A DNA stretch of 64,000 bases from an uncultured delta proteobacterium (GTDB taxonomy: Bacteria; Myxococcota_A; Polyangia; Polyangiales; Polyangiaceae), in NCBI GenBank assembly GCA_963716725.1, contig CAVQUB010000003.1, forward strand, positions 1 to 64,000, given 5' to 3'. The position numbers and the translations under genes were made by a program. Below, piece by piece: positions 37,654 through 46,642 of this stretch. Numbering within the stretch: position 1 is the first letter of the stretch; each line of letters starts with the position of its first letter. The notes under the pieces are model-generated. The model had not been told where the DNA came from. It saw only the letters and a list, made by a program, of their open reading frames with translations, and searched no databases.

Positions 37654-38937
37654 ATGCACGCTCTCTCTTCGGTCTCCGATCGCGAGCTTCGCGAGCGCCT
37701 CTCCTCCGCCGTGAGCGCCGAGCAGCTGGCTTCTGCCGACGTCATCTTCCACCTGGCGGAGCTCGACCGCCGAAAGCTCTACCTCGAGGACGCCTGCTCC
37801 TCACTCTTCGCGTACTGCGTGGAGCGGCTCGGCTACTCCGAGGACGGCGCGAGCAAGCGAGTCCGTGTCGCCCGCTTGGTTCTGCGTTTTCCCCAGGCCC
37901 TCGACGAGCTCGCGAGCGGCGCCATCCACCTGACCGGACTGTTCCTGCTCTCCGGGCACCTCACGGAAGACAACGCCGATCGACTCATCGCCGAGGCTCG
38001 CGGCAAGTCGAAGCGGCAGCTCGAGGAGCTGCTCGCTCGGTGGGCGCCCCGGTCCGACGTACCGGCGACCATCACCCCGAGCGGGCCCGAGCCAGCTCGA
38101 GCGGAGTTATCAACAATGTCCGGGACAGGTGGCTCCGAGCTGTCGGCGCCGCCGCCATCGGCGCACCGTCCTCGTGTCGAGCCGCTCTCGGCCACGAGCT
38201 TCCGCGTGGAATTCACCGCCAGTGCCACGCTCCGCGACAAGCTCGAACACGCCCGGAACCTCCTCAGCCACGCCGTGCCGAGCGGGGATCTCGCGACCCT
38301 GATCGAGCGAGCCATCGATCAGCTCATCGCCGTGGAGACGAAGCGCCGCGCGGGCGCGGGCCAGCCACGCAAGCGCCGTGAAACTCGCGCCGGCTCGCGC
38401 CACGTGCCGGTGGAGGTCCAGCGCGCGGTGCGGGAGCGGGATGGCAACCAGTGCACCTTCGTCGATGCCGAGGGACGCCGCTGCTCCGAGAATAGACCGT
38501 CCGGCCGGGCCGGAGGAGCGCCGTCCGCTGATGCGAACAGTCGCAAGGAGCCATCTCGAGTCAGGACGCTGAACACGAGTGGTTTCCTGACCATCGAGCA
38601 CGTCGACCCGTACGCGATGGGAGGACCAACGACAGTGGATAACTGCTGCCTGCTTTGTTCGGCTCACAACGCCCACCGGGCGCGACAGGTCTACGGCGAG
38701 CAGCACGTCCGGAAGAAGGTCTCGGAGGCTCGCGCGGGCCGGGAAGCGAGCGGTGTGTCTGCGGGGACTGCGGCCGAGCTGAAGAGCGAAGTGTTCGAGA
38801 AGGTGCTGGCGGCTCTGCTTCACTCGGGGTTCAAGCGGCACGAGGCGCGGCGAGCCCTCGAACAGGTGCGCTCGCTCGGAGTCGAGCCGCAGCTCGAGCC
38901 CGTGCTGCGCGGAGCGCTGGCGGTACTCACTCCCTGA
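37654..38937 (+). CDS. HNH endonuclease with DUF222-like N-terminus and RuvA-CTD-like C-terminus; ~29-aa in-frame insert
   Basis: SRHVPVEVQRAVRERDGNQC...C, IEHVDPYAMGG, NCCLLCSAHN; tail ALLHSGFKRHEARRAL...LRGALAVL. Confidence 0.85.
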   Translation: MHALSSVSDRELRERLSSAVSAEQLASADVIFHLAELDRRKLYLEDACSSLFAYCVERLGYSEDGASKRVRVARLVLRFPQALDELASGAIHLTGLFLLSGHLTEDNADRLIAEARGKSKRQLEELLARWAPRSDVPATITPSGPEPARAELSTMSGTGGSELSAPPPSAHRPRVEPLSATSFRVEFTASATLRDKLEHARNLLSHAVPSGDLATLIERAIDQLIAVETKRRAGAGQPRKRRETRAGSRHVPVEVQRAVRERDGNQCTFVDAEGRRCSENRPSGRAGGAPSADANSRKEPSRVRTLNTSGFLTIEHVDPYAMGGPTTVDNCCLLCSAHNAHRARQVYGEQHVRKKVSEARAGREASGVSAGTAAELKSEVFEKVLAALLHSGFKRHEARRALEQVRSLGVEPQLEPVLRGALAVLTP

Positions 38938-38944
38938 GACGGTT

Positions 38945-38977
38945 CGTGCACACCCCCGACAAAGGGGGGGGTGCACG
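38945..38977. other. GC-rich hairpin between the HNH gene and the transposase (terminator-like or IS-end structure)
   Basis: CGTGCAC-ACCCCC...GGGGGG-GTGCACG inverted repeat; no U-tract. Confidence 0.5.
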
Positions 38978-39046
38978 GGATGCCGCCTTTGGTCCCGGCA
39001 GCGGCAGCGCCGTGGGCACGAATGCCGACGGATAGAAGTGTTCGTG

Positions 39047-40312
39047 ATGAGCTCTTCACACTCAGATCCGAAACGCGGCGCCCGACTTCGACAGGCCCAT
39101 CGTGAGCAACTCGGCTGGGGGCGCATCGATCTGGACGCGCAGGTACCTCACGACCACCCCGTGCGTGCCATCGCCGCGGTGATCGACCGCCTGGACCTCT
39201 CGAAGCTCTACGCTCGCATCGATGCACGCGACTCGAACCCCGGAGCGCCGGCCATCGACCCCAAGCTCTTGCTCAGCCTGTGGGTGTACGCCACCAGCGA
39301 CGGCGAGAACAGCGCTCGGGAGATCCAGCGCCTGACCGAGCTGCACGCCGCCTATCGGTGGCTGTGCGGCGGGGTGAGGCTCAACCACCACACGCTCAGC
39401 GACTTTCGCAGCCACAACGCCGAGGTGTTCGACGACCTGATCACGCAGGTGCTGGCCTTGCTCATGAGCCACGACCTGGTGGACCTCATCCGTGTCGCGC
39501 AGGACGGCACGCGCGTACGGGCCAGCGCCGGAGCGTGTTCTTTTCGCAAGGGCACCACGCTGGAGGCTCTGCGCCAGGAAGCTCGTGCACATCTGGCCGC
39601 GGTCACGGCAGACACCGAGAGCGGCTCGCGGCGAGCCGCGGCGCAGAAGCGTGCGGCCCAGGATCGCCTGGACCGGCTCGACGCGGCGCTCGCGCAGTTG
39701 CCCGGGGTCACGAAGACCAAGAGCAAGAGCGGCCCCAAGGACCCGACCCCTCGAGTGTCGACGACCGATCCGCAGGCACGGGTGATGAAGATGGGCGACG
39801 GAGGATTCCGGCCCACCTACAACGTGCAGCTCGCCACGACCGCCGACGACGCGCGGGTCATCGTCGGTGTCGCCGTCACCCACCGCGGCAGCGACATGGG
39901 CGAATCGACTCCGATGCTCGAGCAGATCGAGAAGCGGACGGGCGTCCGGCCACTAGAGCTCCTCGTCGATGGGGGATACGCGAAGCATGAAGCCATCGAC
40001 GAAGCGGCCGCGCGCAACGTCACCGTCTACGCTCCGCTGCCCAAGCCCCGCGACGACGACGGCTCTGACCCTCACCGGCCGAGGGATACCGACAGCGCAG
40101 CCGTTGCCGCCTGGAGACAGCGCATGGCCACCGACGAGGCCAAGCAGATCTACCGGCAACGGGCCGCGACCGCCGAGACCGTCCACGCGGACGCCAAAAC
40201 GCACCGCGGGCTCGACTCGCTGACCCTGCGGGGACTCGACAAGGCACTGGCCAGCGTGACGCTCTTCGCGCTCACCTACGACATCCTGCGCGCCATCACA
40301 CTCGGCGTCTGA
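39047..40312 (+). mobile_element. IS1182-family DDE transposase (element right end near 40446)
   Basis: DHPVRAI, GAPAIDPKLLLSLWVYA, SAREI, YRWLCGG, HHTLSDFR, QDGTRVRASA, STTDPQARVMK, YNVQ, DGGY, YRQRAATAE. Confidence 0.92.
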
Positions 40313-40446
40313 CCCCGCCACCGCTCTGCTTCCGCGCTCGGACCACCCGAATCGCGTCGCGCCCCACGCGCTCCCGCCCTGCGCCTGGGACTCGCCCTCG
40401 CTCGATTTCCCGGCGGCGCACGCTCAACCGATTTCTTCTCACCCTC

Positions 40447-41946
40447 TCAGCTCTCCACCCAGACCAGGGTTCGGCCGCCCATGGCCCCGGTCTGCACGGT
40501 ATCCCAGCCCGGGGGCAATGCCGGATCGACCCAATCGAAGACACGCGCCGCGTCCAAAGGCGACAGGTTGATGCAGCCGCCGCTCTTGCGCTGGCCGAAA
40601 TCCTCGTGCCAGTAGCTCGCGTGAATGGCGAAGGGCCGCTCGAAGTAGATGGTCCACGGCACGTCGGCGATCCAGAACGAGCCGAGGCCGCTGCCCATGC
40701 TCGAGTAGTGGTGCTTGCTCTCGATGAAGAAGCGCCCGCGGGGCGTCGGGTTGATCTTGCCGGGTGATACCAACGTCGAAAATACCGGCTTGTCGCCTTC
40801 GTACAGCGTCAGTGTGCCGAGCCCCGCCCGCACGTGAATCCACTTCCCGCCGGGGTTCACCTGTCGGGGGACCTTCGGGTCGGCGTCCACCCGCGTCGCA
40901 TCGCTCGCGGCGATATAGACGCCCGGCTCACGAGTCTCCAAGAATCGGCGCTTCTCGCTGGCCTCCTCGCGGCCCGTCAGCGCGACGTGGGTCTTCACCG
41001 GCCAGCGCTCGCCGGTTTCCACGAATCCGTCGTCGGCCTTCCGCCACTTGGGCCGGTCGCGCTTGCGCATCCAAGCGATGGGCAGCTCCAGGCCCGAGCC
41101 CAGCTCGACTCCGCGGAACTTCGAGACGCGAAACCGCTTCAGTCCGCGCGCGGGGATCACGCTCAGCTCCGTCGTGAGCACCCAAGTCTCGCCGTAGGCC
41201 TCGAAGGCGCGCGTGAACGCGATCATGTTGCCCGCCGGGAAGTGGCCGAGGAAGGTGCGCTGCTGCTCTCCGCGGGGCCCCGGCGCTTTGGCGTCGTCGC
41301 GCAGGAAGTCGGGCATGGGACCATTGGGCTCGATGGGCGCCATCTCCGCCAGCTCGTCGTGTCCCTCCATGGCGCCTTCCATCCGAGGCTGCTCCCGCTT
41401 TCCGATCTTCCAGCGCAGCTCGGTGGCGGGAACGGGGCGGCTCAGCATCGGCGCCCCCACGCTCAGCGCGTACTGATACGGCATCACGCCGGGCGCAGGC
41501 TCCGTCCAGCGGCCGGCCTGCATCCACGCGGATCGCATGTCGAGCGTTGCGCGCCGGCCCGCACACACGAATCCGTGCTCGACGCGCACGAAGCGCGGGC
41601 ACTTGCCGTCACCGCGAACGGGCTCTGGATCGAGGATCGGAACGCTGCCCGCCACTCGAACGCTGCCGAGCGACAGTGACTCCGATCGCGGCTTCGGTTT
41701 GATCCATGTGCCGTAGCCCAGCGAGCCGACGCCGGTCCCCGCCGCTGGCAAGTTGCTTCGCGGGTAGCGGGCGCCGAAGTACTCGGCCGCCGCGATGTCG
41801 CGCGACGCGGCTGACGTCGTGCCGACCGTCGATGCGGCAGCCGGCTCCTGTCCGCTGCTCACCCCCAGCGAAGACTGCGGCGCCGGCTCTGGGCCAGCCG
41901 CACAGGAGACGGCGAGCCACGCTCCGGCGAGATCCCTTCGACGCAC
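40447..41946 (-). CDS. L,D-transpeptidase (YkuD domain), myxobacterial type
   Basis: TPRGRF, VPWTIYF, AIHASYWH...SGGCINLS. Confidence 0.88.
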   Translation of the reverse strand: MRRRDLAGAWLAVSCAAGPEPAPQSSLGVSSGQEPAAASTVGTTSAASRDIAAAEYFGARYPRSNLPAAGTGVGSLGYGTWIKPKPRSESLSLGSVRVAGSVPILDPEPVRGDGKCPRFVRVEHGFVCAGRRATLDMRSAWMQAGRWTEPAPGVMPYQYALSVGAPMLSRPVPATELRWKIGKREQPRMEGAMEGHDELAEMAPIEPNGPMPDFLRDDAKAPGPRGEQQRTFLGHFPAGNMIAFTRAFEAYGETWVLTTELSVIPARGLKRFRVSKFRGVELGSGLELPIAWMRKRDRPKWRKADDGFVETGERWPVKTHVALTGREEASEKRRFLETREPGVYIAASDATRVDADPKVPRQVNPGGKWIHVRAGLGTLTLYEGDKPVFSTLVSPGKINPTPRGRFFIESKHHYSSMGSGLGSFWIADVPWTIYFERPFAIHASYWHEDFGQRKSGGCINLSPLDAARVFDWVDPALPPGWDTVQTGAMGGRTLVWVES

Positions 41947-42020
41947 GGCGGAATTGTCGCGCGGCGCGGGCGCCAGTGCCAAGATCCGTCGCCGCCAACG
42001 CGAGCGCTGGCCTGCCGCTC

Positions 42021-43103
42021 TCAGGAACGTTTGCGCAGGAGCAACGACCCGGCGGTGTAGCCGGCGCCAAACGCGCAGATCACGCCGTAGTCACCGTCCC
42101 GGAGGTCGCCGCGGTGCTTGTCGAAGGTCACGAAGGCGCCCGCCGCGGCCGTGTTCGCGTGCGTCTCCAGGGTCGTTGGCAGGCGGCCGTTCGAGCTGGG
42201 GCCCACGAGGCGCTCGCCGATCGCGGCGTTGAGGCGCGCGTTGGCCTGGTGGAGCCAGAACCGGCGAACGTCGCTGGCGGTAAGCTTCAGCTCGTCGAGC
42301 TGGGCTTCGATGATGGTGGGCACGAGCTTGACGATGTCGCGAAAGACGCGCCGCCCTTCCTGGTAGAAGAGCTTGTCCGCCGCGTCGCGGTGTTCGGTGT
42401 CGCAGCGGTTGAGGAAGCCGCAATTGTTGCGGACGTTGTTCGAATACTTGGACACGAGGCGGCAAGCGAGGATCTCGAAGCCCGGTCGATCTGCCTCGAG
42501 CACCAGGGCAGCGCTGGCGTCGCCGAGGATGAAGTGGCTGTCGCGGTCCTTGAAGTTCGCGTAGGCGCTGGGGATCTCGGGGATGCACACGAGCGCGCAC
42601 CGCGCGCGCCCGAGCTGGATCGCGTCGTGGGCGAGCTGAAGCGCGTAGACCCCGGAGCTGCACCCGGCCGAGACGTCGAACGCGAATCCGCTCGCGTCGA
42701 GGGATGCTTGCACCTCGATGGCGATGGCCGGGTAGGGTCGCTGCAAGCTCGACGCTCCGACAACGACCATGTCGATTTCTCTTGGTTCGCGGCCCGACTC
42801 GGCGATGGCCTTGCGCGCGGCGTCGAGCGCGAACTCCGCTTGCACGGACACCTCGTCGTCCGGACGATCGGGGATGTCGGGGCACATCCGGTCGAGGGCG
42901 AGGACGCCGGCTTTGTCCCACAGGAATCGCGAACGGATCCCCGAGACCTTCTCGATGAACTCAGGACTGGAAGGTTCCGTGATCTTTGGACCAACGGCCT
43001 CTGCCCAGGCGTTGAACGTGGCGCAGAGCTCTTCGTTGCTCACGGAGTTCTCCGGCACGTGCGAGCCGACCCCCGTGATGCAGACTCGTCGATCGAGCAT
43101 CAC
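42021..43103 (-). CDS. Beta-ketoacyl-ACP synthase III (FabH-like)
   Basis: AGCSS catalytic Cys, GDASAA, FWLHQAN, NTAAAG, AFGAG. Confidence 0.9.
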   Translation of the reverse strand: MMLDRRVCITGVGSHVPENSVSNEELCATFNAWAEAVGPKITEPSSPEFIEKVSGIRSRFLWDKAGVLALDRMCPDIPDRPDDEVSVQAEFALDAARKAIAESGREPREIDMVVVGASSLQRPYPAIAIEVQASLDASGFAFDVSAGCSSGVYALQLAHDAIQLGRARCALVCIPEIPSAYANFKDRDSHFILGDASAALVLEADRPGFEILACRLVSKYSNNVRNNCGFLNRCDTEHRDAADKLFYQEGRRVFRDIVKLVPTIIEAQLDELKLTASDVRRFWLHQANARLNAAIGERLVGPSSNGRLPTTLETHANTAAAGAFVTFDKHRGDLRDGDYGVICAFGAGYTAGSLLLRKRS

Positions 43104-43299
43104 GTCCGACTAAGCGATTTGGACCCCATCGGCCAGCATGAACTGGTTTCACACCCGAAACCTAGAGCGATCGCGTCGCGCTAGGAAATCCCACCTGCCA
43201 AAACCCACCGAAGCTCAGGGTACTCGCGTCGCGCTTCGAAGTCGAGCGGACGCCGCGATGCGCAAAGGGGAATCGAATGGTCTGCTCAGCGGCTTGCCC

Positions 43300-43560
43300 G
43301 GGCTCGGAGGGGCAAGTCCCCGGAGAATCGTCCGCGCACAGCTCCTCGCTGGGGCGCTGGGTGAGCGAGAGCATCACGACCCATTCTTGCCAAGCCGACA
43401 AGCCGGGCCTTTGCGCTCGCGGTGAAGTCCCGCGCCTGAGTCTTCTCATCCGCGAGCAGATGGTGGGCGAGTGGCAGGACGTCTTCCTGTCGCTCGCGCA
43501 ATGGCGGCACCTCCAGCGTCAGCACCTTCCAAGGGTCAACCTGGTCTTTCGAAGAGAGCA
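43300..43560 (-). pseudogene. Remnant of a sigma-54 activator AAA+ C-terminal part
   Basis: VLTLEVPPLRERQEDVLPLAHHLL...FTASAKARL, with no Walker A or GAFTGA. Confidence 0.55.
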
Positions 43561-43593
43561 CGACCACCAAGGCCTCGCCGGAGGCTGCTGGGC

Positions 43594-44790
43594 TCACCGC
43601 CCGGATGCCTTCTTCTTCTCGTCGGCCTTCGCCTTCTCGTCCGCCTTCTTCGCCAGGTCGTCGAGGGCGGCTTGCAGATCCGCTCGGCTGTAGGGCAGAC
43701 GGGCGATGGCATCGTTCTCGGCCTTCTGCGCTCGCTTCAGCTTGGCGGTCGCGTCCGTGGCCTTGTCGACCCAAGCCGACTTCTCGGCGGTGCGCAACGC
43801 CATGCTGAGCGTGTGCTCCATCATGGTGAGCGCCTTGTCCAGCAAGATGCTGTAGCGCAGGCGCATCGCCCCCTCGAAGAGCTGCTTCCGCTTGTCGGTG
43901 TCGGCCTTCGGCTGGTGCACGTCCATCAGGTCTTCGTGTAGCTTCTGGTACAGCTCCCCCACACGGAAGCCCGCCATCGCCGACCAGTGCGCGTCGTGGG
44001 CGCGCATCGAGTCCGAGTACGCGCTCTGCGAGTCGAGCAAGAGCTGACAGCGCTCTTCGAGCACCGCGGGGAAGTTGGCGGGCAGCGGGTTGAAGCGGAT
44101 CTTCTCGGCGCGCAGCCGGCGAACTTCGCCCAGCGCGAAGTAGAGCTGCGCCACGTCGCGGGGGATCTTGCCGGCGGCGTCGAGCCGGTGCTCTTCGACC
44201 AGTGTGCGAGCCTTCTCGATGTTGTAGCTCGCGCCATCGACGTCCCCCTCGGAGACTCTCCACAGCGCCTTGCCGCCGTGGGCCACGATGCTCTCGAGAT
44301 AGTCGCGATCGGGGTAGCGGGTCATGAACAGCTCCGACGCTTCGCCGCAGCGCCGCCAACGCTCGAGGAAACAGGCCAGCCGGATCGCACGCAAGAGCGC
44401 GTCACGCGCCAGCGCGTGCTTCGGAAACCGGCTGGCGACCTGCTCGAAGCGCTGGAGGCTCGACTCGCGATTGCCGGCCTGCTCGTGGGACAGCCCGCCC
44501 TGGTGCAGCGCCTCGGCGGCGCGCGGGCCGTCCGGATCGAGCCGGTAAACACGATCGAAGCCCGTGGCCGCCTCGGCCGCCGCGCCTGCGGCCTGCCGCT
44601 CCGACGCCTGGGCAAACAGCTCGTCGATGTCGGCGGCGCTGCCGGGAGTGACCACGGTGCGCGGCACCACCACCGGAGTGCCCGGCGCGGAACCTCCGGG
44701 ATTCGTTGGCGTCGACGGGGCGGCAGCGGGACGTGCCCCGGAGCTGCAGGCCGATACGAGGGCAGCCAAGAGCGGCGGTGCAAGACGCAT
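43594..44790 (-). CDS. Tetratricopeptide-repeat lipoprotein
   Basis: Lipobox VSAC; TPR-like helices (AAEALHQGGL, FEQVASRFP, YFALGEV). Confidence 0.75.
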   Translation of the reverse strand: MRLAPPLLAALVSACSSGARPAAAPSTPTNPGGSAPGTPVVVPRTVVTPGSAADIDELFAQASERQAAGAAAEAATGFDRVYRLDPDGPRAAEALHQGGLSHEQAGNRESSLQRFEQVASRFPKHALARDALLRAIRLACFLERWRRCGEASELFMTRYPDRDYLESIVAHGGKALWRVSEGDVDGASYNIEKARTLVEEHRLDAAGKIPRDVAQLYFALGEVRRLRAEKIRFNPLPANFPAVLEERCQLLLDSQSAYSDSMRAHDAHWSAMAGFRVGELYQKLHEDLMDVHQPKADTDKRKQLFEGAMRLRYSILLDKALTMMEHTLSMALRTAEKSAWVDKATDATAKLKRAQKAENDAIARLPYSRADLQAALDDLAKKADEKAKADEKKKASGR

Positions 44791-44992
44791 GCTCACTCAG
44801 TGTAGCTTGCCTCCTTCAGAGTTCCCGAAATTACCCGTTGACCGCCGAGGTGAGGCTCTTAAGTTTGGTGCGTGGTCGAAACCGCGACAGCGCGTCGATC
44901 GCGTCCCCCTCGGGGGGCGGCCTGGGGGTCTGCCGTGGGGCATGAAGTCGCGCTGTGGTGTGTCCATTCGATCGACAACCGGAGGTCAGCAC

Positions 44993-45175
44993 ATGAATGA
45001 GCGTACGTCAGTGGGCAGTCTCGAGAACCTGCAGCATGAGCACCACGAGCTGAAGGGCATGGTCAGAAAGCTCGAACGACGCGCGTTCCTGACGCCGACC
45101 GAGCAGCACCACATGACCGAGCTGAAAAAGCAGAAGCTCGCGGCGAAGGATCAGATCGCCGCGCTCAAGCGCTGA
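44993..45175 (+). CDS. DUF465/YdcH-family small coiled-coil protein
   Basis: SD GGAGG; LQHEHHEL...LTPTE...ELKKQKLAAKDQI. Confidence 0.8.
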   Translation: MNERTSVGSLENLQHEHHELKGMVRKLERRAFLTPTEQHHMTELKKQKLAAKDQIAALKR

Positions 45176-45187
45176 AGCGCAGCCGCC

Positions 45188-45410
45188 TCAGGGCTCTCGG
45201 TCTTCATCGACCAGCTGCTCGACGAGCTCGCGCCAGAAACGAGCGCAAGGTCTCGACTGGCACATCGCTACGCGTGAAGAAGTCGAGGTCCTTCGACACC
45301 CGGTGCTTGACGTAGAACCCTGCAAGCGCCGTCCCGCCGCTGAGGTAGAAGGAATCCCGGATTGGCGACTTCGCGAGCGCGCCGACCGTCCCGGCCTGAC
45401 TCGGATGCAT
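45188..45410 (-). pseudogene. Internally deleted AbiEii-type nucleotidyltransferase
   Basis: FYLSGGTALAGFYVKHRVSKDLDFFT N-terminal motif fused directly to a short C-terminal remnant. Confidence 0.7.
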
Positions 45411-45438
45411 TGAGCAAACCCGCCGGCGCCGCAGACGC

Positions 45439-45945
45439 TCAGATCGTCACGCACTCGCCGGCTTGGCAGGTCTGGCCTTCGTCGCAGTCTTTGTTGGCGT
45501 TGCACTTGCCCGGTGCCGGCGCGGGCAGCTGCTCTGGACCCTTGGTGGTCTCGGTCGCGGTGGAGCGACTCTTGTCGAGACGCTCACCGCCGCCGTACAC
45601 CTCTTGGTTCAGATCGTTCAGCGCCTCGTCGAGGCGTTGCTTCCACGGCGCTCCGAGCCCACCAGGATGCTCTTGCTCGATGGCCTTTGCCACCGCGAGC
45701 CAGTGCCGCGCGTCAGCGCGGAAGCCCAATCGGTAGTCGGCCATCCCGCGCAGATACGAGTAGCGCGCCTGGTCCGCGAGCTCGAGCGAGTCCATGTCGG
45801 ACTCGAGCACCCGGAAGATGGCGAGCGATCGCTCGTACTCGTTCTCTTCGTAGAAGCGCTGCCCGCGGTTCAGATCTTCGCGATAGGTGGCGCAACCAAC
45901 CACGGAAAGCGCCAACGCGCCCAGGGCGAGCCAAGTGCGAATCAC
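45439..45945 (-). CDS. Hypothetical TPR-like lipoprotein with Cys-rich tail
   Basis: Lipobox VVGC; YSYLRGMADYRLG; CNANKDCDEGQTCQAGEC. Confidence 0.7.
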   Translation of the reverse strand: MIRTWLALGALALSVVGCATYREDLNRGQRFYEENEYERSLAIFRVLESDMDSLELADQARYSYLRGMADYRLGFRADARHWLAVAKAIEQEHPGGLGAPWKQRLDEALNDLNQEVYGGGERLDKSRSTATETTKGPEQLPAPAPGKCNANKDCDEGQTCQAGECVTI

Positions 45946-45978
45946 GCGGGCCAGCCTAGCCCCACCGCACCAACCGAA

Positions 45979-46611
45979 TCAAGGCGCGGGCGGATCGGCC
46001 TCGGATCGGCGCCGCCAGCGCATCCGGACGACCGGGAGCTGGTCCTCGATCGCCCGGCGTTCTCGGGGACTTCGTGCCCCGTAGGGGTTTTCGTCGATCC
46101 GGGGGCCTCCGGCCCAGGGCTCGAAGCGCGGCTCGAGGCTGACCACCTGCTCGTAGCCCTCGGCCCGCTCGACGACGTCGGTCTGGACGAAGAGCTCGCC
46201 CCCCGGCTCGATCACCCTAGCCAGCTCCCGACACAGCTCCGGAGTGAGAACCAAGCGCTTCTGATGGCGCTTCTTCCACCACGGATCGGGGAAGTGCAGG
46301 TAGGCGATCCCCACGCAAGCGTCGGGGAAACGCCGAATGGCATCCCGGGCATCCTCGGCGAACACCCGGGCGCGGTCGCCGAAGCCGCGGCCTTGGAGCC
46401 TGCGGTCGACGAGGGTCGCCCACTTTCTCCGGATCTCGAGGCCAACCATGCGCGCGCTGGGCTCAGCCTCGAGGCGTTCGATGAGAAACCAGCCCCGTCC
46501 CGGACCGATCTCGAGCTCGATGGGCGCGGAGCCCGCGCCGACCAATGCCCGCGGATCCACCGCGTCACCCTCGGGCAAGACCGGGGCGTCCACGTAAGGA
46601 TCGTTCCGCAT
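45979..46611 (-). CDS. trmB: tRNA (guanine-N7)-methyltransferase
   Basis: ELEIGPGRG, GLEIR, FPDPWWKKRHQKR, QTDV. Confidence 0.92.
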   Translation of the reverse strand: MRNDPYVDAPVLPEGDAVDPRALVGAGSAPIELEIGPGRGWFLIERLEAEPSARMVGLEIRRKWATLVDRRLQGRGFGDRARVFAEDARDAIRRFPDACVGIAYLHFPDPWWKKRHQKRLVLTPELCRELARVIEPGGELFVQTDVVERAEGYEQVVSLEPRFEPWAGGPRIDENPYGARSPRERRAIEDQLPVVRMRWRRRSEADPPAP

Positions 46612-46642
46612 GGGCGTCCGGATATCATGCCGGGCGTCCGAG

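Noticed and set aside
38520..38560. Hammerhead ribozyme in the HNH insert (CTGATG...)
   Set aside because: It lacks the CUGAUGA and GAAA core in the required arrangement.
23550..40449. tRNA-integrated genomic island or prophage
   Set aside because: The accessory region lies 5' of the tRNA operon. I saw no integrase, phage genes or duplicated tRNA 3' end (att site).
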